The notes beneath the pieces were generated by a model. It did not search any database. It saw only the letters and a list, made by a program, of their open reading frames with translations, and had not been told where the DNA came from. A stretch of DNA of 64,000 nt from Lama glama. Its lineage: Eukaryota. Of this stretch, positions 1-14,250 are shown one piece after another. The position numbers and the translations under genes are program-made. Within the stretch, counting starts at the first letter, position 1, and every line of letters begins with the position of its first letter. The stretch is from assembly GCA_028534125.1 (NCBI GenBank), contig CM052817.1, positions 61,878,001 through 61,942,000 of the forward strand, written 5' to 3'.

Positions 1-3000
1 ACAGAAATCAAAAGTGAGTAGTGGGAGAAGCTTTATGTCTTGCAGAGGCTGCGTGCCCTTCCAGAAACACAAGCAGGATTAGTTAAGCCGGTTCTGGCAC
101 ACACCGAAAGGATGATGGAACTTTGTCTCGGCATGGAGGGTGGAATAGGACAGTTCAGGGGGTTCAAAAACTTTCTGCACAAAATTACATGGCAAGAGAA
201 TGCAGTTTAGTTTAGCTGTCCCAGCAGTGTACAGTTTAGGTTACTTTAAAACTACTAAATGTTTTGCATGTAATATTTTAACTTCTGTGTTCTGTGTGTG
301 TTGGAGTCAGGGGGATGTTGGCTCTTACACATTTTCCAACACTGTCATGGTTAAAATCAAGTGTTGTGACTGTGTTAAGTCCTTGTGGTATAATTTGATT
401 GTTTGTAGTTTTTGGCATTTTGAGTTCTTCTGCTGTCTATGACATGGAAATCTCAACTCATAGGTTATAAAAGTCAAAGTTGCTTTCTTGCTGATACGAT
501 ATTTTTTTAAATGTGAAAATATTGTAAAGTATAAATTAATGATTTAAATATTAGAGCAAATGAATATTTTGAAAGTACAGTTTCTGAATCTTTTTCTTTT
601 CATCAGGAGGGTTATAAATTGTTTTAGCAAGGTAAAGTATACAGTCACAGAAACTAGGGCAAGAGTATATTTGAGTAATTCTTGTAATTTTTGGTATCTA
701 TCTTGGAAAACTTTACTAGGAAGCATAACACATACACGTAAACAAAACCATGTAGAGAGCACTGCAGGTTTCAGACAGTTGTTTCTTCAGTCTCTTCAGT
801 TTTTCTCCTAAAACTCTATAATGGCTTTCTGATATTCAGATTGTTTTAATTCATTTTATTGCTGGTTATCATTATTCCATTTTGTTTTACCAGAGATAGG
901 CCTTTAAACTCATTGGTGATGACAGTAGATGAAAATACTGCATTTTTAAGTTTTTAAATATATCTATCTATATTCTGTATATTTTGTGCCTCAACTATTT
1001 GAACATTTGAAGTAGCAATATATTTGTATGTTTAAGGTCAGTATGCTCCTTAACTAAGATATCCTTTAACAATTATCTAATTAGAGGATGCAGAAAGGAT
1101 TAGAAACAGAGAGATCCTAAATGCTTTCCAAGTTTTTTCTTTGGGGAAGAAGAACAGCATGAACCTGGTGATGTGGTTTCTAATGTGTCTGGTTTCATGG
1201 TCTCTTCTCTTTATGTATATGTCTGTTCAAAGTAGTTTTGCACATCAAGCTGTCTTAGAAGTGCTTTGCAAAGCTGCAGACTAAGTTTTTGTGTGATGGC
1301 AAGTTGAACATCTCCTTTGATTAGCCTCAGAACTCTGTGAAGCAGAACACTGATAGAAACGTCACTGAATAAAACCATAGCTCCTGACTTGGCAGTCTGC
1401 CAAATCCTGGTTGCTTCTTCGACATTATTGTCAAAGAGGTTGTGGTTCGGTTTCTTTTCCAACAATGTGAATTTGAACAGACACGTTAAGTAGTTTAAAA
1501 TACAGGGAGATTTTAAATGTTTTAATCATCCTGTTAGCTGTGATTATACTATTTTATGGATGTAGATTCAGTTTGATGTTAAATTAGCTTTAAACATCAC
1601 AGTTACTTGCTTGTTAAGTTTATTGTTTCTTATACTGATACTTTTATTAAGATACTTAGAATCATGTTGTGTTTTAGAGTATTTTCAAAGACTTTTAAAT
1701 TTACGTGAACATTTTGCTTGAATTTCTCCAAATTCAAAGCCTGTTAGAACCTGAGGGAGAGGCTAGCTGCTCTTTTACCTTTAAGGAGTGTTAATGTGAC
1801 GTCTAAAGAACTGTAATTGCTGTCATAATTCAATTACACTGTTTACTCAGGCTCACAGCTCCGTATTAGTTATTGACAAAATATAAATCTATACGTTGTA
1901 TGTTCACATTTACGTAATATTTTTCCTTTTCATGATTTGCGGAAATCATAATCTAGCTTCCCATAAAATAAAACACTTGAATGATTGAAGCTTTCACTTT
2001 TTATCCAGATGTTTTGGGGTCTCTTGGCAGAATTTTTACGATGTAAAATGTTGAAAACATGATTATCATACAGACCCTGAGTGATGTGGTAACCCGTGGG
2101 TATGTTAAGAAGAGAAACGATTGCCAGTAAATGGAAACATGCAAAATATTTTATTGTAAAAGCCCTAGTTTCCACAGAGAGCCAGCATATCTCTAACATT
2201 TTAAAACGAATGTGTTTTCCTTAACCTGTTTAGTAGTGTCAACAATGAACCACTGAAATGAAAAACTAGTTTTGGTGCTTATGTTTTCCATAAAAGTTAT
2301 GGGTTAATTACTGCTACCCCTAGTAATCTTCCCTTCCATGCCTCCTATCTGGGACTTACTTATATTTGACAATTCTGTGTGGCGTTATGACATTTATTGT
2401 ATTGTTTCATAGGCTGTTTTTTGGTTTTCCATATGTAGTTGATTTGCCTCACCATGTTCCACATGCAGTTGATTTGTCTCACCAGCAAGATCGTTATTTC
2501 ATTGAAGATACTTTAAGTGCTCTGGGCCACTGTGGTATGCAGATGGAATGGATTTAGTGATTATTTGCTAAATAAATGAATATACCACAGGAAAAAAAGA
2601 AAATTATTAACAGGATATTAGTCAGCCTTGAGCAAACTATCATTCTGTTTCTTAAACCAAAAAACTCAATATTTTTATAGCCTTTGTGTGCACATGATGA
2701 CTCTAGAAAGGGAAGGTCAGTGGAACTGAAGTGAAGCAAACAGAAGGGATATTGAAGAGGACGAGAGAATCAGGATAAGAGAAAGAGGGTGGGAAGGAAG
2801 AGAAATAGAAACACACAGGAGATGAAGGACTAGGGAAAAGGGACAAAAAACAACTGAGGGAGGAAAAGAGAAACTCCTGAAGAAAGAAAACTAAACAGTT
2901 GAACAGTAAGCTTCAGCAGCACAGAAAACAGTAACAACTCACTGCTATTCACATGTGCAAGGGACCGTGATAGGTGCTTCACTTGGAACGTCTCATCTGA

Positions 3001-6000
3001 TTCCCCTAGCATGCCAGTGTGTGCTGCTGCTCTCCACATCCTCTGTGAGGAAGGATAAGGCCGCAGAGCAAGGTGGTAGCTGAGCTGGGGTTGGAACTGT
3101 TTCATCTGTTTCATCCTATATCCTGGTCAAGTCTGAGTCCGCTGCTTGGTGACCAACCTGATACTGGTTTCTCACCTGACATTTTCCCCCTCCTCAACCT
3201 GCTAGCCCAGGACCTCACCACCAACAGCCTCCCTCGTCCCTCTCTCCTCCGACTTCGGAGTCTCTTGAAGGAGAAAGACTCCAGGGTAGATAACGTCACA
3301 ATTAATAATGGAAAGTCTTCTACTTTATATGTGTGATTTTGCTTCAATACTTTTGAATTGGAATTGTTTATATATTTTTATTTTTCAAAAGAGTTTTAGG
3401 CATATATCCCAACTTTTTATTAATGATTGGGTTTAATGTTGTTCATATATTTTTTTAAGCTCTTCTTGCAAACAACATAGAAAATTTGTTTGAAAATGTC
3501 TTAGTATTATGAAAGAGGATTAGGCAATGAAAATTGAGGATTTAGGTCAGGACTTTTGAATACACTTATTAGATAGTAAATTAAATCATTAAATTGAGTT
3601 AAATGTTTCAAGGCTTAAGTGATAAAAATAAAGATTAGTTATCTATAAACCCACCATTCAGGATTACTAAAAGTTATTTTGAAAATTAACACTGCTTTTA
3701 AGCTCTGATTCAAGTTTCATTCCTGTGTATTATAGGCTTTTGTTTTTAACCAATGTACTGTTTAAACCAGTTTTGGTTAAGAAAGGAAATGAGCATTGAT
3801 TCACATTATTTATTATTGTAATAATATAGATAGTGGTAGAATGGACTGTTCCCAAAGCATTGCTAAACAGTTCAGTACTTTCAGATTTTTCTTTCACTTA
3901 TCTATCTACCCAAGGCACTTGAAGTGCAAACTTGGGTGAAAGGAATTTCAATTTCTCTTCTTGCTCCGGCCTGCCCTCTGGTGAAGGTGAGGTAGAACAG
4001 AGAAGGCACTCAAAATTGTGTTAATTTTTGAGATATTTAGAGAGTAAAAAAAAGAAAGAAAAAGAAAACGAAGAAAGAAAAATAGATTACTAGTAGATTC
4101 TGTGGCACAAAATAGTTACATCTCATCTTTCAGTGAATTTTGAAGACTCAAATCCATTTCTAAGTTCATTGCATATTTGAGACTTAATTTTCCTTGGACT
4201 ATCTCTGTTCATAAAGATTGTTCTCTATGTGTTTTAATGTGACAGTGGATTCCGATATTGTCTTCACTGTGACATGTAAAACAATCTTTTATAACACAAA
4301 CTCAAATGTTTTATTTATGGTATTGTGGAAGTGATAAGAATGTTACTGAGAAGAAGAATCAAAACTAAAAGTAGCTGGAGCAGACTTTAGGATGCAGTGG
4401 ATGAATGTGGAAGTTGAAATTTGTTGTAGAGTTGTAGTATTGCGAATTCGTTTTTTCTTTACATGTCACTTTTGTTCTGGGTTTTCTGATTTTTCTATAA
4501 AAATCTTGTTTCATTTTTTTCTGTAAAAATCATATGGAAGAGTACATTATAATATAATATAGAAAAATTTTAAAAATAAAGAATTGATTTCTTAAGTATC
4601 TATAACAACAACAACAAAAAACAATTATGTCTGTACTAGGCTGCCAGCTAGTAATGGTCCACTGATTACAAATAAGTGCTTTAAAGAAACTCTATAACTC
4701 TTACCTCCTAATTTACACAAGAAGAGATGCGCTTACACAAAAGAGAGAACTATATGCAGACATACAAAATAGCTAAAAACATTTATATAACTGTAACATA
4801 TATCCAATAAAAGATACTCAAGATACTCAAGAAAAATAATTCTGTTTCACCTTTGTAATTGAATGGAAGTCACACTATTGCGGGTCATTAATTACTTCAT
4901 GAAATTTGATTAATTTGCTTGAAAATCTATACATCTGTTGTATATGAAAGATGTGAGGAATATAATTTAGTTTTGATTCACTAAGAACACACACACACAA
5001 CCATATGTCTGGAGGTGATCTTGTGGTTCAGTTGCTCCCTAAAAATCTAGTGAGCCTCTGAAAAATGAGATACAATTTTAGATTGGCTTCCACGTGTCCT
5101 ACTTTGTATTATCGTGGTAATTAGGGTAGTGAACTACCTGGGTTGATGACAGTGTAACAAGCTAAGCTAACCAGGCAGAATCCTTAGTGTCCGGATTCAC
5201 TCTATTAAGCTAAAGGCTGATATTAGAGAGACACAGAGACAGATACTGCTAGGTGGGGGAGAGTGGTAGGGAGGAAGGGAACTGAAAAATGGACTGAGCT
5301 CCTAAAGAGAGATTTATTCAGTGTAGTATTTATTCCTAAGAAATTTCTGGGGAGTCTATAACTTTCCTTAGTTTTTTTCCTCTTACATTTTTCTGTTAGG
5401 TTTATTTATAATTCTGTCAGTAAATATTAAAAAAGCTTTAATTGCCAGGAAAGCTGTTGAGAAGAAATAATCAATGTTGTTGAAATTCTTTTCAACTTGA
5501 TTAAGTAGAAACCATTTAGCTCTCCTATTTAGCTTTCCTTGGTGGGGAAAAAAATTTTTTTAAATTTAACTTGTTGATTTAGAAAATACAGTGTGCTAAA
5601 TTATATGTAATGTTTCTTTAATAATTATTCATCTGCCATTTGTTTTCAATGATCGTCTTTTATATAAAGTTTAGCATAAAATCAAGTAAACAGAGGATCT
5701 AATTAATAAATTTCTTGTATTATTTGAATGGGCTGACTAAATCAAACTTTATTTTTCTTAAAGTCTACCTTTCTCTTGTTTAAATGGAGGATGATAAAAA
5801 TATAGTAAAATGTAAAAAATACATTTTGATAATTGTCTTAATCAGACGTCTGATATTTGGGACATATCTTTGTTGTCGCTACTCCATTGTCCACCTCCAT
5901 TACCATAAAGATATATCTTCGTCTTTCCTTCTAAGTCTTATTTCAGCACGATTGTTATCTGGCTAAATTAGTGTTTTTATAAAATAATTATTTCTTGTGT

Positions 6001-6221
6001 ATACATGTAATTGCCTTTTTTATGCCTTAGCTGATGTGTTCTGTCTTGTTTTTGATCCAAAATGCCTATGCTTGCCTGTGTGAGGCTGGCTGAATTTTGC
6101 ATAAATTTGGAGTGCTTTTATATGGAAATGATCCTTTTCATGATTATAACAGTAGATACAACAGTCTAGTTTCTCATTGGCCCTTTATCTCAAATGTGTT
6201 CTCGCTATTAGGAAGATCTTA

Positions 6222-9022
6222 AGGAGATTGAATCAGTAATTTAAAACCACTCAATAAACCAAAAAAAAAGAAAAACAACAAACCCCAAAAGTCCAGTTCC
6301 AGACGGCTTCACTGGTGAATTCTGTCAAACATTCAAAGAAAAATTAATATCATTCTCAAACTCTTCCAAAAAATAGAGGAGGAAACACTTACAAAATTTT
6401 ACGAGGCCAATGTTACCCTGATACCAAAACCAGAAAAGGACACCATGAAAAAAGAAAATAACAGAACAATATCCCTGAAGAACATAGATTCAAAACTCCT
6501 CGACAAAATATTAGCAAACCAAAGTCAACAATATATTAAAAAGATCATACACTATGATCAAGTGAGATTTATTCCTGGGATGCAAGGTGGTATAATATCC
6601 ACAAATCAATTAATGTGATTTGCCACACTAACAAAATGAAGAATAAAAATCTATGATCATCTCAGTAAATGCAGAAAAAGTATTTGACAAAATTCAACAT
6701 CCATTTATGATTTAAAAAACCTCTCAACAAAACAAGTATAGAAGGGACATCCTTTAACATAATAAAGACCATGTATTACAAGCCCACAAGTAACAACATA
6801 CTAGACAGTTATAAGCTGAAAGCTTTTCCTTTAAGATTAGAACCAAGACAAGGATGCTCACTCTGGCCAATTTCATTCAACATAGTATTAGAAATGCTAA
6901 TCAGAGCAGTTAGTCAAGGGAAAAAAAAGTCCTTTAAATTGGAAAGGAAGAAGTAAAACTGCCACTCTTGGCAGATGACATTATATTATATATAGAAAAC
7001 CCTAAAAACTCCACCAAAAACTGTTGAAACTAATAAATGACTTCAGTAAAATTGCAGGATACAAAAATCAGTATACAGAAATCTGTTGCATGTGTGTACG
7101 CTAATAATGAACTATCAGAAAGAGAATTTAAGAAAATAATCCCCATTTTAAATTTTCATCAAAAAGAATAGAATACCTTGGAATAAATTTAACCAAGGAG
7201 ATAAAAGACCTATACACTAAAATCTGTAAGACATTGATGAAACAAATTGAAGAAGACACAAACAAATGGAAAGCTCAACCATGCTCATGAGCTGAAAGAA
7301 TTAATATTGTTAAAATGTCCACACTACCCAAAACAGTCTACATGTTCAGTGTAATTCTTATCAAAATTGCAATGGCATTTTTTAACAGAAGTAGAACAAA
7401 CAATACTAAAATTTGTATAGGACCACAAAAGACCCCAAATAGCCAAAGCAATCTTGAGAAAGAAGAACAAGCTCAAGGCATCATGTGCTCTGGTCGCAAA
7501 CTATTTTACGAAGCTCTAGTCATCAAAACAGTATGGTATTGGCAGACTAACAGACACATAGATCAGTGGAACAGAATAGAGAGCACAGAAACAAACTCAT
7601 GCCTATATGGTCAATTAATTTACAATAAAGGAGCCAAGAACATATAGTCTCTTCAATAAACAGTGTTGGGAAAACTGGATAGCCCCATGCATTACAATGA
7701 AACTGGACCATTATCTTACACCATACATAAAAATTAACTCAAAATGGATTAAAGATTTGAATGTGAGACCTGAAACCATATAACTCCTAGGAAAAAACAT
7801 AGGTGGTAATCTCCTTAGAATAGGTCTTGGTGATGATTTTTTGGATTTGACACCAAAAGCAAAGACAACATTAAAAATAAGCAAGTGGTACTACATCAGA
7901 CTAAAAAGTTTCTGCACAGCAAAAGAAGCCATCAACAAAATGAGAAGGCAACCTGCTAAATGGGAGAAAATATTTATAAACTATATATCTGATAAGGGGT
8001 TAATATCCAGAATATATAAAGAGCTCTTACAACTCAGTAGCAAAAAAACAAAGTCTCATTAGAAAAAGTGGGCAGAGGACCTGAATAGACATTTTTCCAA
8101 AGAAACAGGCACATGAAAAGCTGCTTAACATCATTAATCATAGGAAATTATATATCAAAATCTCACTGAGATATCTCCCACCTGTTAGAATGGCTATTAT
8201 CAAAAAGATAAGAGATAACAAGTGCTGGTGAGGATATGGAGAAAAGGGAACCCTTGTGCACTGTTGGTGGGAATGTTAATTGGTGCAGCCACTATGGAAA
8301 ACAGCATGGAATTTCCTCAAAAGGCTGAAAATAGAACTACTGTGAAATTCAGCAAATCCAGCTACCATGAAACTTCTGGGTATTTATTTGAGGAAATGAA
8401 AACACTAACTTGAAAATGTATTTGCCACTTGTATGTTCATTGCAGCATTATTTACAATGGACAAAATATGGAACAACCTAAGTGTCCAGCAAGGGATGGA
8501 TAAAGAAAATGTGTGGTATATCTATGCAATGGAATATTATTCAGCCATTAAGAAGAATGAAGTCTTGCCACTTGTAACAATGTGGATGGACCTTGAGGGC
8601 ATTATGCTAAGTGAAATAAGTCAGAGAGACAGATACCATATAATTTAATTTATATATGGAATCTAAAAAAAACAAAAACAAAACACAAGCTTGTACATGC
8701 AGAGAACAGATTGTGGTTGGTCAGGAGGTAGGGTGGTGGGCAAAATGAATGAAGGGAATCAAAAGGTACAAACTTTTCATTATTACATAAGTAAGTTACG
8801 AGAATGTTATGTCCATTATGGTGAGTATAGTTAATAGTACTATATTGCATATTTGAAAGCTGCTGAGAGAAGTTCTTAAAAATGCTCACTCTCATGAAAA
8901 AAAATTATAACTGTGTATGGTAATGGATGTTAACTAGATTTGTGTTGATCATTTTGCAATATATACATTGTTGTATACCTGAAACTAATATAATGTATGT
9001 TAAGTATACCTCAATTTAAGAA
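6222..9022 (+). mobile_element. 5'-truncated, decayed LINE-1 (ORF2 RT and C-terminal part plus 3'UTR; L1MA9-like 3' end)
   Basis: Frameshifted ORF2 fragments: RQGCSL (6771 ORF), LADD at 6968-6979, KTVWYW...DQWNRIE, MFIAALFT. Candidate TSD AAGATCTTA at 6213-6221 and 9023-9031. Confidence 0.95.
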
Positions 9023-9499
9023 AAGATCTTACCATCTTTAACAGCGTTCTTAGCTGTTAAGGTGAATTTAATCAGATTTATTCATTCTGCCGTTACTGCT
9101 TCTCTTCCCCCTTATCTTGTTTTTGTTAGCCTCCAAATTATCACTCAATTATTTTAATTTTATCTTGTGATTGGAAATATTGTGAACTGTGTGTGGTAAC
9201 AATTTTCATTTCATAAGGAATGAAACACATAGATTAATTGACTCCTGAGTAGCAGTTACACACTTCTATATAAATTACTCCCTTGACTATTTTGGCAAAA
9301 GCAAGTGAGGAACTCTCCACTTGTCTCAGATTTGCATTTAATCATCCATCTATTTAATGCTACTTACAAGCAATTATTTATCATCTCACTACTTTTACTT
9401 ATTCATGTCACATTGTATGAGGGAAATCTTATATGCTCATTCAGTATGTTGTCTCTTAACTCAGTTTATATATAGACAATGAAAATCTCAAAATGCTTC

Positions 9500-11000
9500 T
9501 TTTCTACCCTCATTTTGCTTATAATTTCTCCAGGTATTCTTTTCTGGATTTGAAATACTTTTCCCTCAGAATTTTGAAGACACCACTCTATTTTATCCTA
9601 GTTTATGGTTTTGCAGTAGGAGATTAAATGCCATAACTTATTTTTAATCTATATATATAAATAAATTTAGGGTCTCCCTTTGTCTTGAAGGTTTTAAAAT
9701 TTTATAATAGCATACTTTAGTCTGGGTCTATTCATACGCTCTGGATCCTTTCATATTAGAAAATCATGATTTTGGGTTATGGGAATCTTGCACTATTTAT
9801 TTATTTGTTTGTTTGATAATTTCCTCCCTCTTTTGTCTCAGGTCTTCCTTTCTGGAGATATTATTCAGATGTTGAATTTCCTGGATTGATGCTCCAGTTT
9901 ACTTAACTTTTATTTTTTTGTGTGCAATTTTTTTTAGTTTTTAATAGTTTTTATTATATATTTTTACTGAAGTATAGTCACTTTACAATGTTGTGTCAAT
10001 TTCTGGTGTATGTCATACATGAACATACATATTCATTTTCATATTATTTTTCATCATAAGTTACTACAAGATATTGAATATAGTTCCCTGTGCTATATAC
10101 AGTATGAACTTGTTGTTTATCTATTTTATATGTATTGGTTAGTATCTGCAAATCTCAAACTCCCAATTTATCCCTTCCCACCTCCTTCCCCCACTGGTAA
10201 CCATAAGTTTGTTTTCTATGTCTGTGAGTCTGTTTCTGTTTTGTAAATAAGTTCATTTGTCTTTTTTTTTTTTTTTAAGATTCCATATATAAGTGATATC
10301 ATATGATATTTTTCTTTCTCTTTCTGGCTTACTTCACTTAGAGTGACAATCTCCAGGCCCATCCGTTTTGCTGCAAATGGCATTATTTTATTCTTTTTTT
10401 ATGGCTGAGTAGTATTCTAGTGTATAAATATACCACAACTTCTTTATCCAGTCATCTGTTGACAATTAGGTTGTTTCCATGTCTCAGCTATTGTAAATAG
10501 TGCTGCTATGAACACTGGGGTGCATGTATCTTTTTGAATTAAGGTTCCCTCTGGATATATGCCCAGGAGTGGGACTGCTGGATCATATGGTAAGTCTATT
10601 TTTAGTCTTTTAAGGAATTCCCGTACTGTTTTCCAGAAGAGCTGCACCAAACTACTACTTAACTTTTGCATATCTATGTTTTGATAGATACTACGTGAGG
10701 TTTCCTAATCTTCATTTCAGTTCACCTACTGACATTTTTAATGTAATCATATTTTCAGAGTTCCTTATTGTTACTCCCTTTTTGTAGCAACATGTTCTTT
10801 TATTATTGATGTAATGCACTTTTTATAAAGCTGAGAGGATTAATAAGGTTTTCTTTTTTAAGTTTTAGAATTTCCTTCCATGTAATGTTTCTTCTAAGTG
10901 GCTTTTCTCTATGTATTTGTTTTGTTTTCAGTCTTTGATGTTAGAGGCTTTCTTTGTGTATCTATTGACCCTAATTAGTGGCTTATATATAAGAGAATGC
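9500..11000 (-). mobile_element. Ancient L1M/HAL1-like remnant interrupted by the young L1
   Basis: T-rich decayed sequence resembling antisense ancient L1 on both sides of the TSD; boundaries are rough. Confidence 0.45.
9912..10655 (-). mobile_element. Young 5'-truncated LINE-1 3' end (resembles camelid L1)
   Basis: Minus-strand ORF2 C-terminus DLPYDPAVPLLGIYP...FIAALFTIA, L1 3'UTR, T-rich tail at 9912-9965. Perfect 12-bp TSD TACTTAACTTTT at 9900-9911 and 10656-10667. Confidence 0.93.
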
Positions 11001-12552
11001 AATTCTCTAAAAGCTGGTTGGAAGCTATGTATGTATGGGTACCTCTTGTCACCAGTGGGCCTTGCTGTAGGATAATATTGCAGGGCTGTTTGGTCACTGA
11101 GAAACTTCCAGTATCCCCATCTTTAGGTATTTTGTTTGTTTTTGACTTGGTCAAATTCCTGAGTAAAGAAGGCATAAGGCAGGCTGCATTGAGTTCTGGA
11201 AGCCATGGGGATGGGAGGTAGAGTCAATATCCAGCGTAAATGCTCAGTGAATGTTTGTAGTAGGTGGTACCCCTGCCCCTCTCTCTGCTTGGTGTCCTGC
11301 AGTCCCTCACCTTGATTGTAAACAATGAAAATAAGGAAGGCATCTCAGTGACATTATGTTGGATTTACTCTTATAGTCTGCTGCAGGGGTGGGGAAGAAA
11401 TGCTACCAGCCTGTATGGAATGGGAAGGATAGCTGAAACTTGAACTACTTCTGAAACAGGTTTTCAGCCTCCATCTCTTTTCAGTACTCCTGCACTCCCA
11501 CTTCTAAAGGGAACTGGTGGTGTCACTGCAGTTTGGGGGGATAAGTGGCAGGATTATTTTGCTTCTTGGCTTCTCCCTACCTTTGGCTTAGGAATTGGCA
11601 TTCTCAGCTTTATTAAATCAGTTACTGCTTCTGTTAGTAGGTTTTTATTACTAGTGTCTTTTTCTTTTATATTGTTCTTTTTTTTAAAGCCCCTTTTCTT
11701 GTTCTTGTAGTGGAATTTTGTAATTAAAATACTCTGTAATCTACCCTTTTCAATAAAAATTATATTTTAACAATCTTTCCTGTCAATAAATATCAACATT
11801 TTAGTAACTACATAGGAGTCTTTTTTTTAGAGATCTAACTTCTCCCCTACTGTTGTAAACATGGGTTGTTGTAAGCAGTATTACAAAGAATCTCCTTCTG
11901 GCTAAATTTTATATCAGTATTTTATTTAAATAAATTTAAAATGTGAGAAAATAATGAATCCTCTCTTAAAATGTTTCTTACAAAATGACATCTTATTTCC
12001 ATTAGTGTGAGGGTGTTTCTTTTCTACTGCAGACCATTTGGTGTGAACAGTCTAACCTTTTCCCAGCAGATGGTAAACTCTGTGTATGTTTAGTTTATTC
12101 TTCTTACCCAGCTGGACCTGGAACAGGGTAGGTACCCAATATGTATTTGCTAAGTAGACATGTGAGTAATAAATGAATTTTCATTTTTTGTTTTAAAAAC
12201 TTCAAGGAGCAGGGGCCTGGTATGGAAGGAAGCAGGATGTAATACATATTAAATATCTTACTTTCATCACTTTGAGTTACTCTGAGGTAACTCAGGTCAT
12301 AAAGTTTGTAAGATTGAGAGCCAGATTTAAAAGAAGGAAGCCCCGTGTGGCAGGGTGATATATAGTCATACCAACAGCCACTGCACCTGGAGAACAGGCA
12401 GTGCTGAGGCATTTGTGCAGGCAAACTCCTAACAGATTTGGCCTTTGGGAATTTAACTTAAGGATGAGCACCCTATTTTGTAGAGATTATTATCTCCTGT
12501 TGGGATTAATTGTGTGGTTGGATTAAATAAATAATATTTGCTTAATATAGTA

Positions 12553-12728
12553 ACAGGTTTCTCAGTGGAATCTGCACATGATCTGTCCCAGAATCACATG
12601 AGATCTTGCTGAATATGCACTTCCCTTGGCTCACCTGAGACCTATGGAATCAGAATCACTGTGGGTGGCCCGGGATTCTGAACATAACAAGCTCTTCATA
12701 TGCACATTACAACCAGAATGTCTGCTGT
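12553..12728. mobile_element. MER5-like hAT-Charlie DNA transposon remnant
   Basis: cagaatcac...gacctatggaatcagaatc...ggcccgggattctg...taacaagctc motifs typical of MER5. Confidence 0.6.
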
Positions 12729-13394
12729 AGACTTAAATACTGTTGGAGGAAGTTGTTGGAGAAAGTTAGGTGCACGTCTTATATAAATTTGGAGAATCTA
12801 ATGAGACATTAGAATTAATAATTGGGAAATTCTGATAAATCGATCTAACATATTTTACTGCTTTTTCCTTCAATTATTACTCTAAGAATTCAGCTGATTG
12901 GCAACACACAGAAAGTCAGGAAAATTCATCACAGATCTTTTTCTTAACTCCTCATTCTCTGATATAACCAACAATTGGAGGCACTCATTTGTAGTTAAAA
13001 AAGTAACAAATGGTACACTGTACACATCTATTGTCTATATTGCAGTTCTGATCAAGAATTTGTTTTTTAATCTGACATCTTTTAGATGACATTTTTGTTG
13101 CAATTTTATTTAACTGTAGACAAACTGGATGTGTTGAGGTTTTAAATCAAACATTGCTCAGGGTGACAGATTTATACAGTGACATAGCCTGTATGAAAGC
13201 TCTTAACAACGATGCCTGAAACCTAATAGGTGTCAGTCAACACATGCTTCTTTCTTGAGCATCATTACTTTCCAAAAGTGGTGGTAAAGAAGAAAATACG
13301 AAAATTATCTGAGTGATATGTCAACCTGTGTTAACAAAACATTGTCATAACTATTGAAAAGGTAAAAAAATTGGATTTTTCCGGGAATACTGTC

Positions 13395-13580
13395 TAACAT
13401 TTATCAAGTATTCTTATGTAACATGCACACTCTGAGCCTTGACGTGAGGTAAGTGCTTATAATTATCTCCATTTTAATGATAAGAAAATGAAGCACAGTG
13501 AGATTATAAAGTTATTCAATGTCAACTAACTGGTAGATAGTAAACCTTGCTTTGAACCCAGAAAAATCTATTTCTAGACA
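13395..13580 (-). mobile_element. MIR SINE
   Basis: Core attatctccattttaatgataagaaaatgaagcacag...tttgaacccag. Confidence 0.7.
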
Positions 13581-13809
13581 TCATGTCTACTAGCGTGTCT
13601 TCCATTGAAGATGTAGAACCATCGCTACCATGGTAGGTAGTCACTTGTGCTCGTAAAAACTGATGAGGACGATGTATCTTTTGAAATATATCTTGATAAC
13701 TTAGTTTTCATCTTCTGACTCAATTTTGCAGATTAAGTATTTCTAAAGATTTCTTTTAAAAATACATGATATACCTAAAGTAAAGAGACCAGTAGAAAGT
13801 TTTAGGGCC

Positions 13810-13950
13810 CAAACAACCTGAGTTTAAATGCTTGCTTCATGGTTTATCAACTGTGTGCAGAGCACTTAAACTTTGAGTCTTAATTTTCTCATCTGAAAAT
13901 GGGAATGATAATATTTACCCATAGTATTACCATACACAGTAGAGATAATC
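13810..13950 (+). mobile_element. MIR SINE
   Basis: Core ttttctcatctgaaaatgggaatgataata. Confidence 0.7.
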
Positions 13951-14250
13951 TGTATAATAGTGTCTCTTTGAATTCCTTGATCTCAATCAAATACTGTGTA
14001 TGATAACTTAATATATAAACCATTATTCTGAAAACATTATGAAAATTTCTATATGAGGTATATATGTAGAAGGTATATTTTTTAACATATCGAAACATCA
14101 GAATACGTTTTCTGTTTCAATCTTTTAAGTATCATGAATGCTTAATGTTTTGTTTAATATAATACTTTGGACAGAAGACTGAATGGGCTATGCCACAGAT
14201 TCTTAAATTAGACTTACTCTTTCTCCTTTTCAGCAAACTTCCTTGATAAC

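Noticed and set aside
2700..2900. Purine-rich tract
   Set aside because: Low-complexity sequence with no periodicity or recognisable element.
200..6000. Short ORFs in the 5' AT-rich intron, including a search for an upstream BMPR1B exon
   Set aside because: No homology, no convincing splice-site pair, and no match to a hydrophobic leader exon.
6771..8648. Reverse-transcriptase-like ORF fragments as an active or novel RT system
   Set aside because: They are frameshifted, stop-riddled pieces of an ordinary 5'-truncated L1 ORF2.
13395..13950. Inverted MIR pair upstream of the first coding exon as a dsRNA structure
   Set aside because: The copies are too diverged for stable pairing by eye, and such pairs are common by chance.
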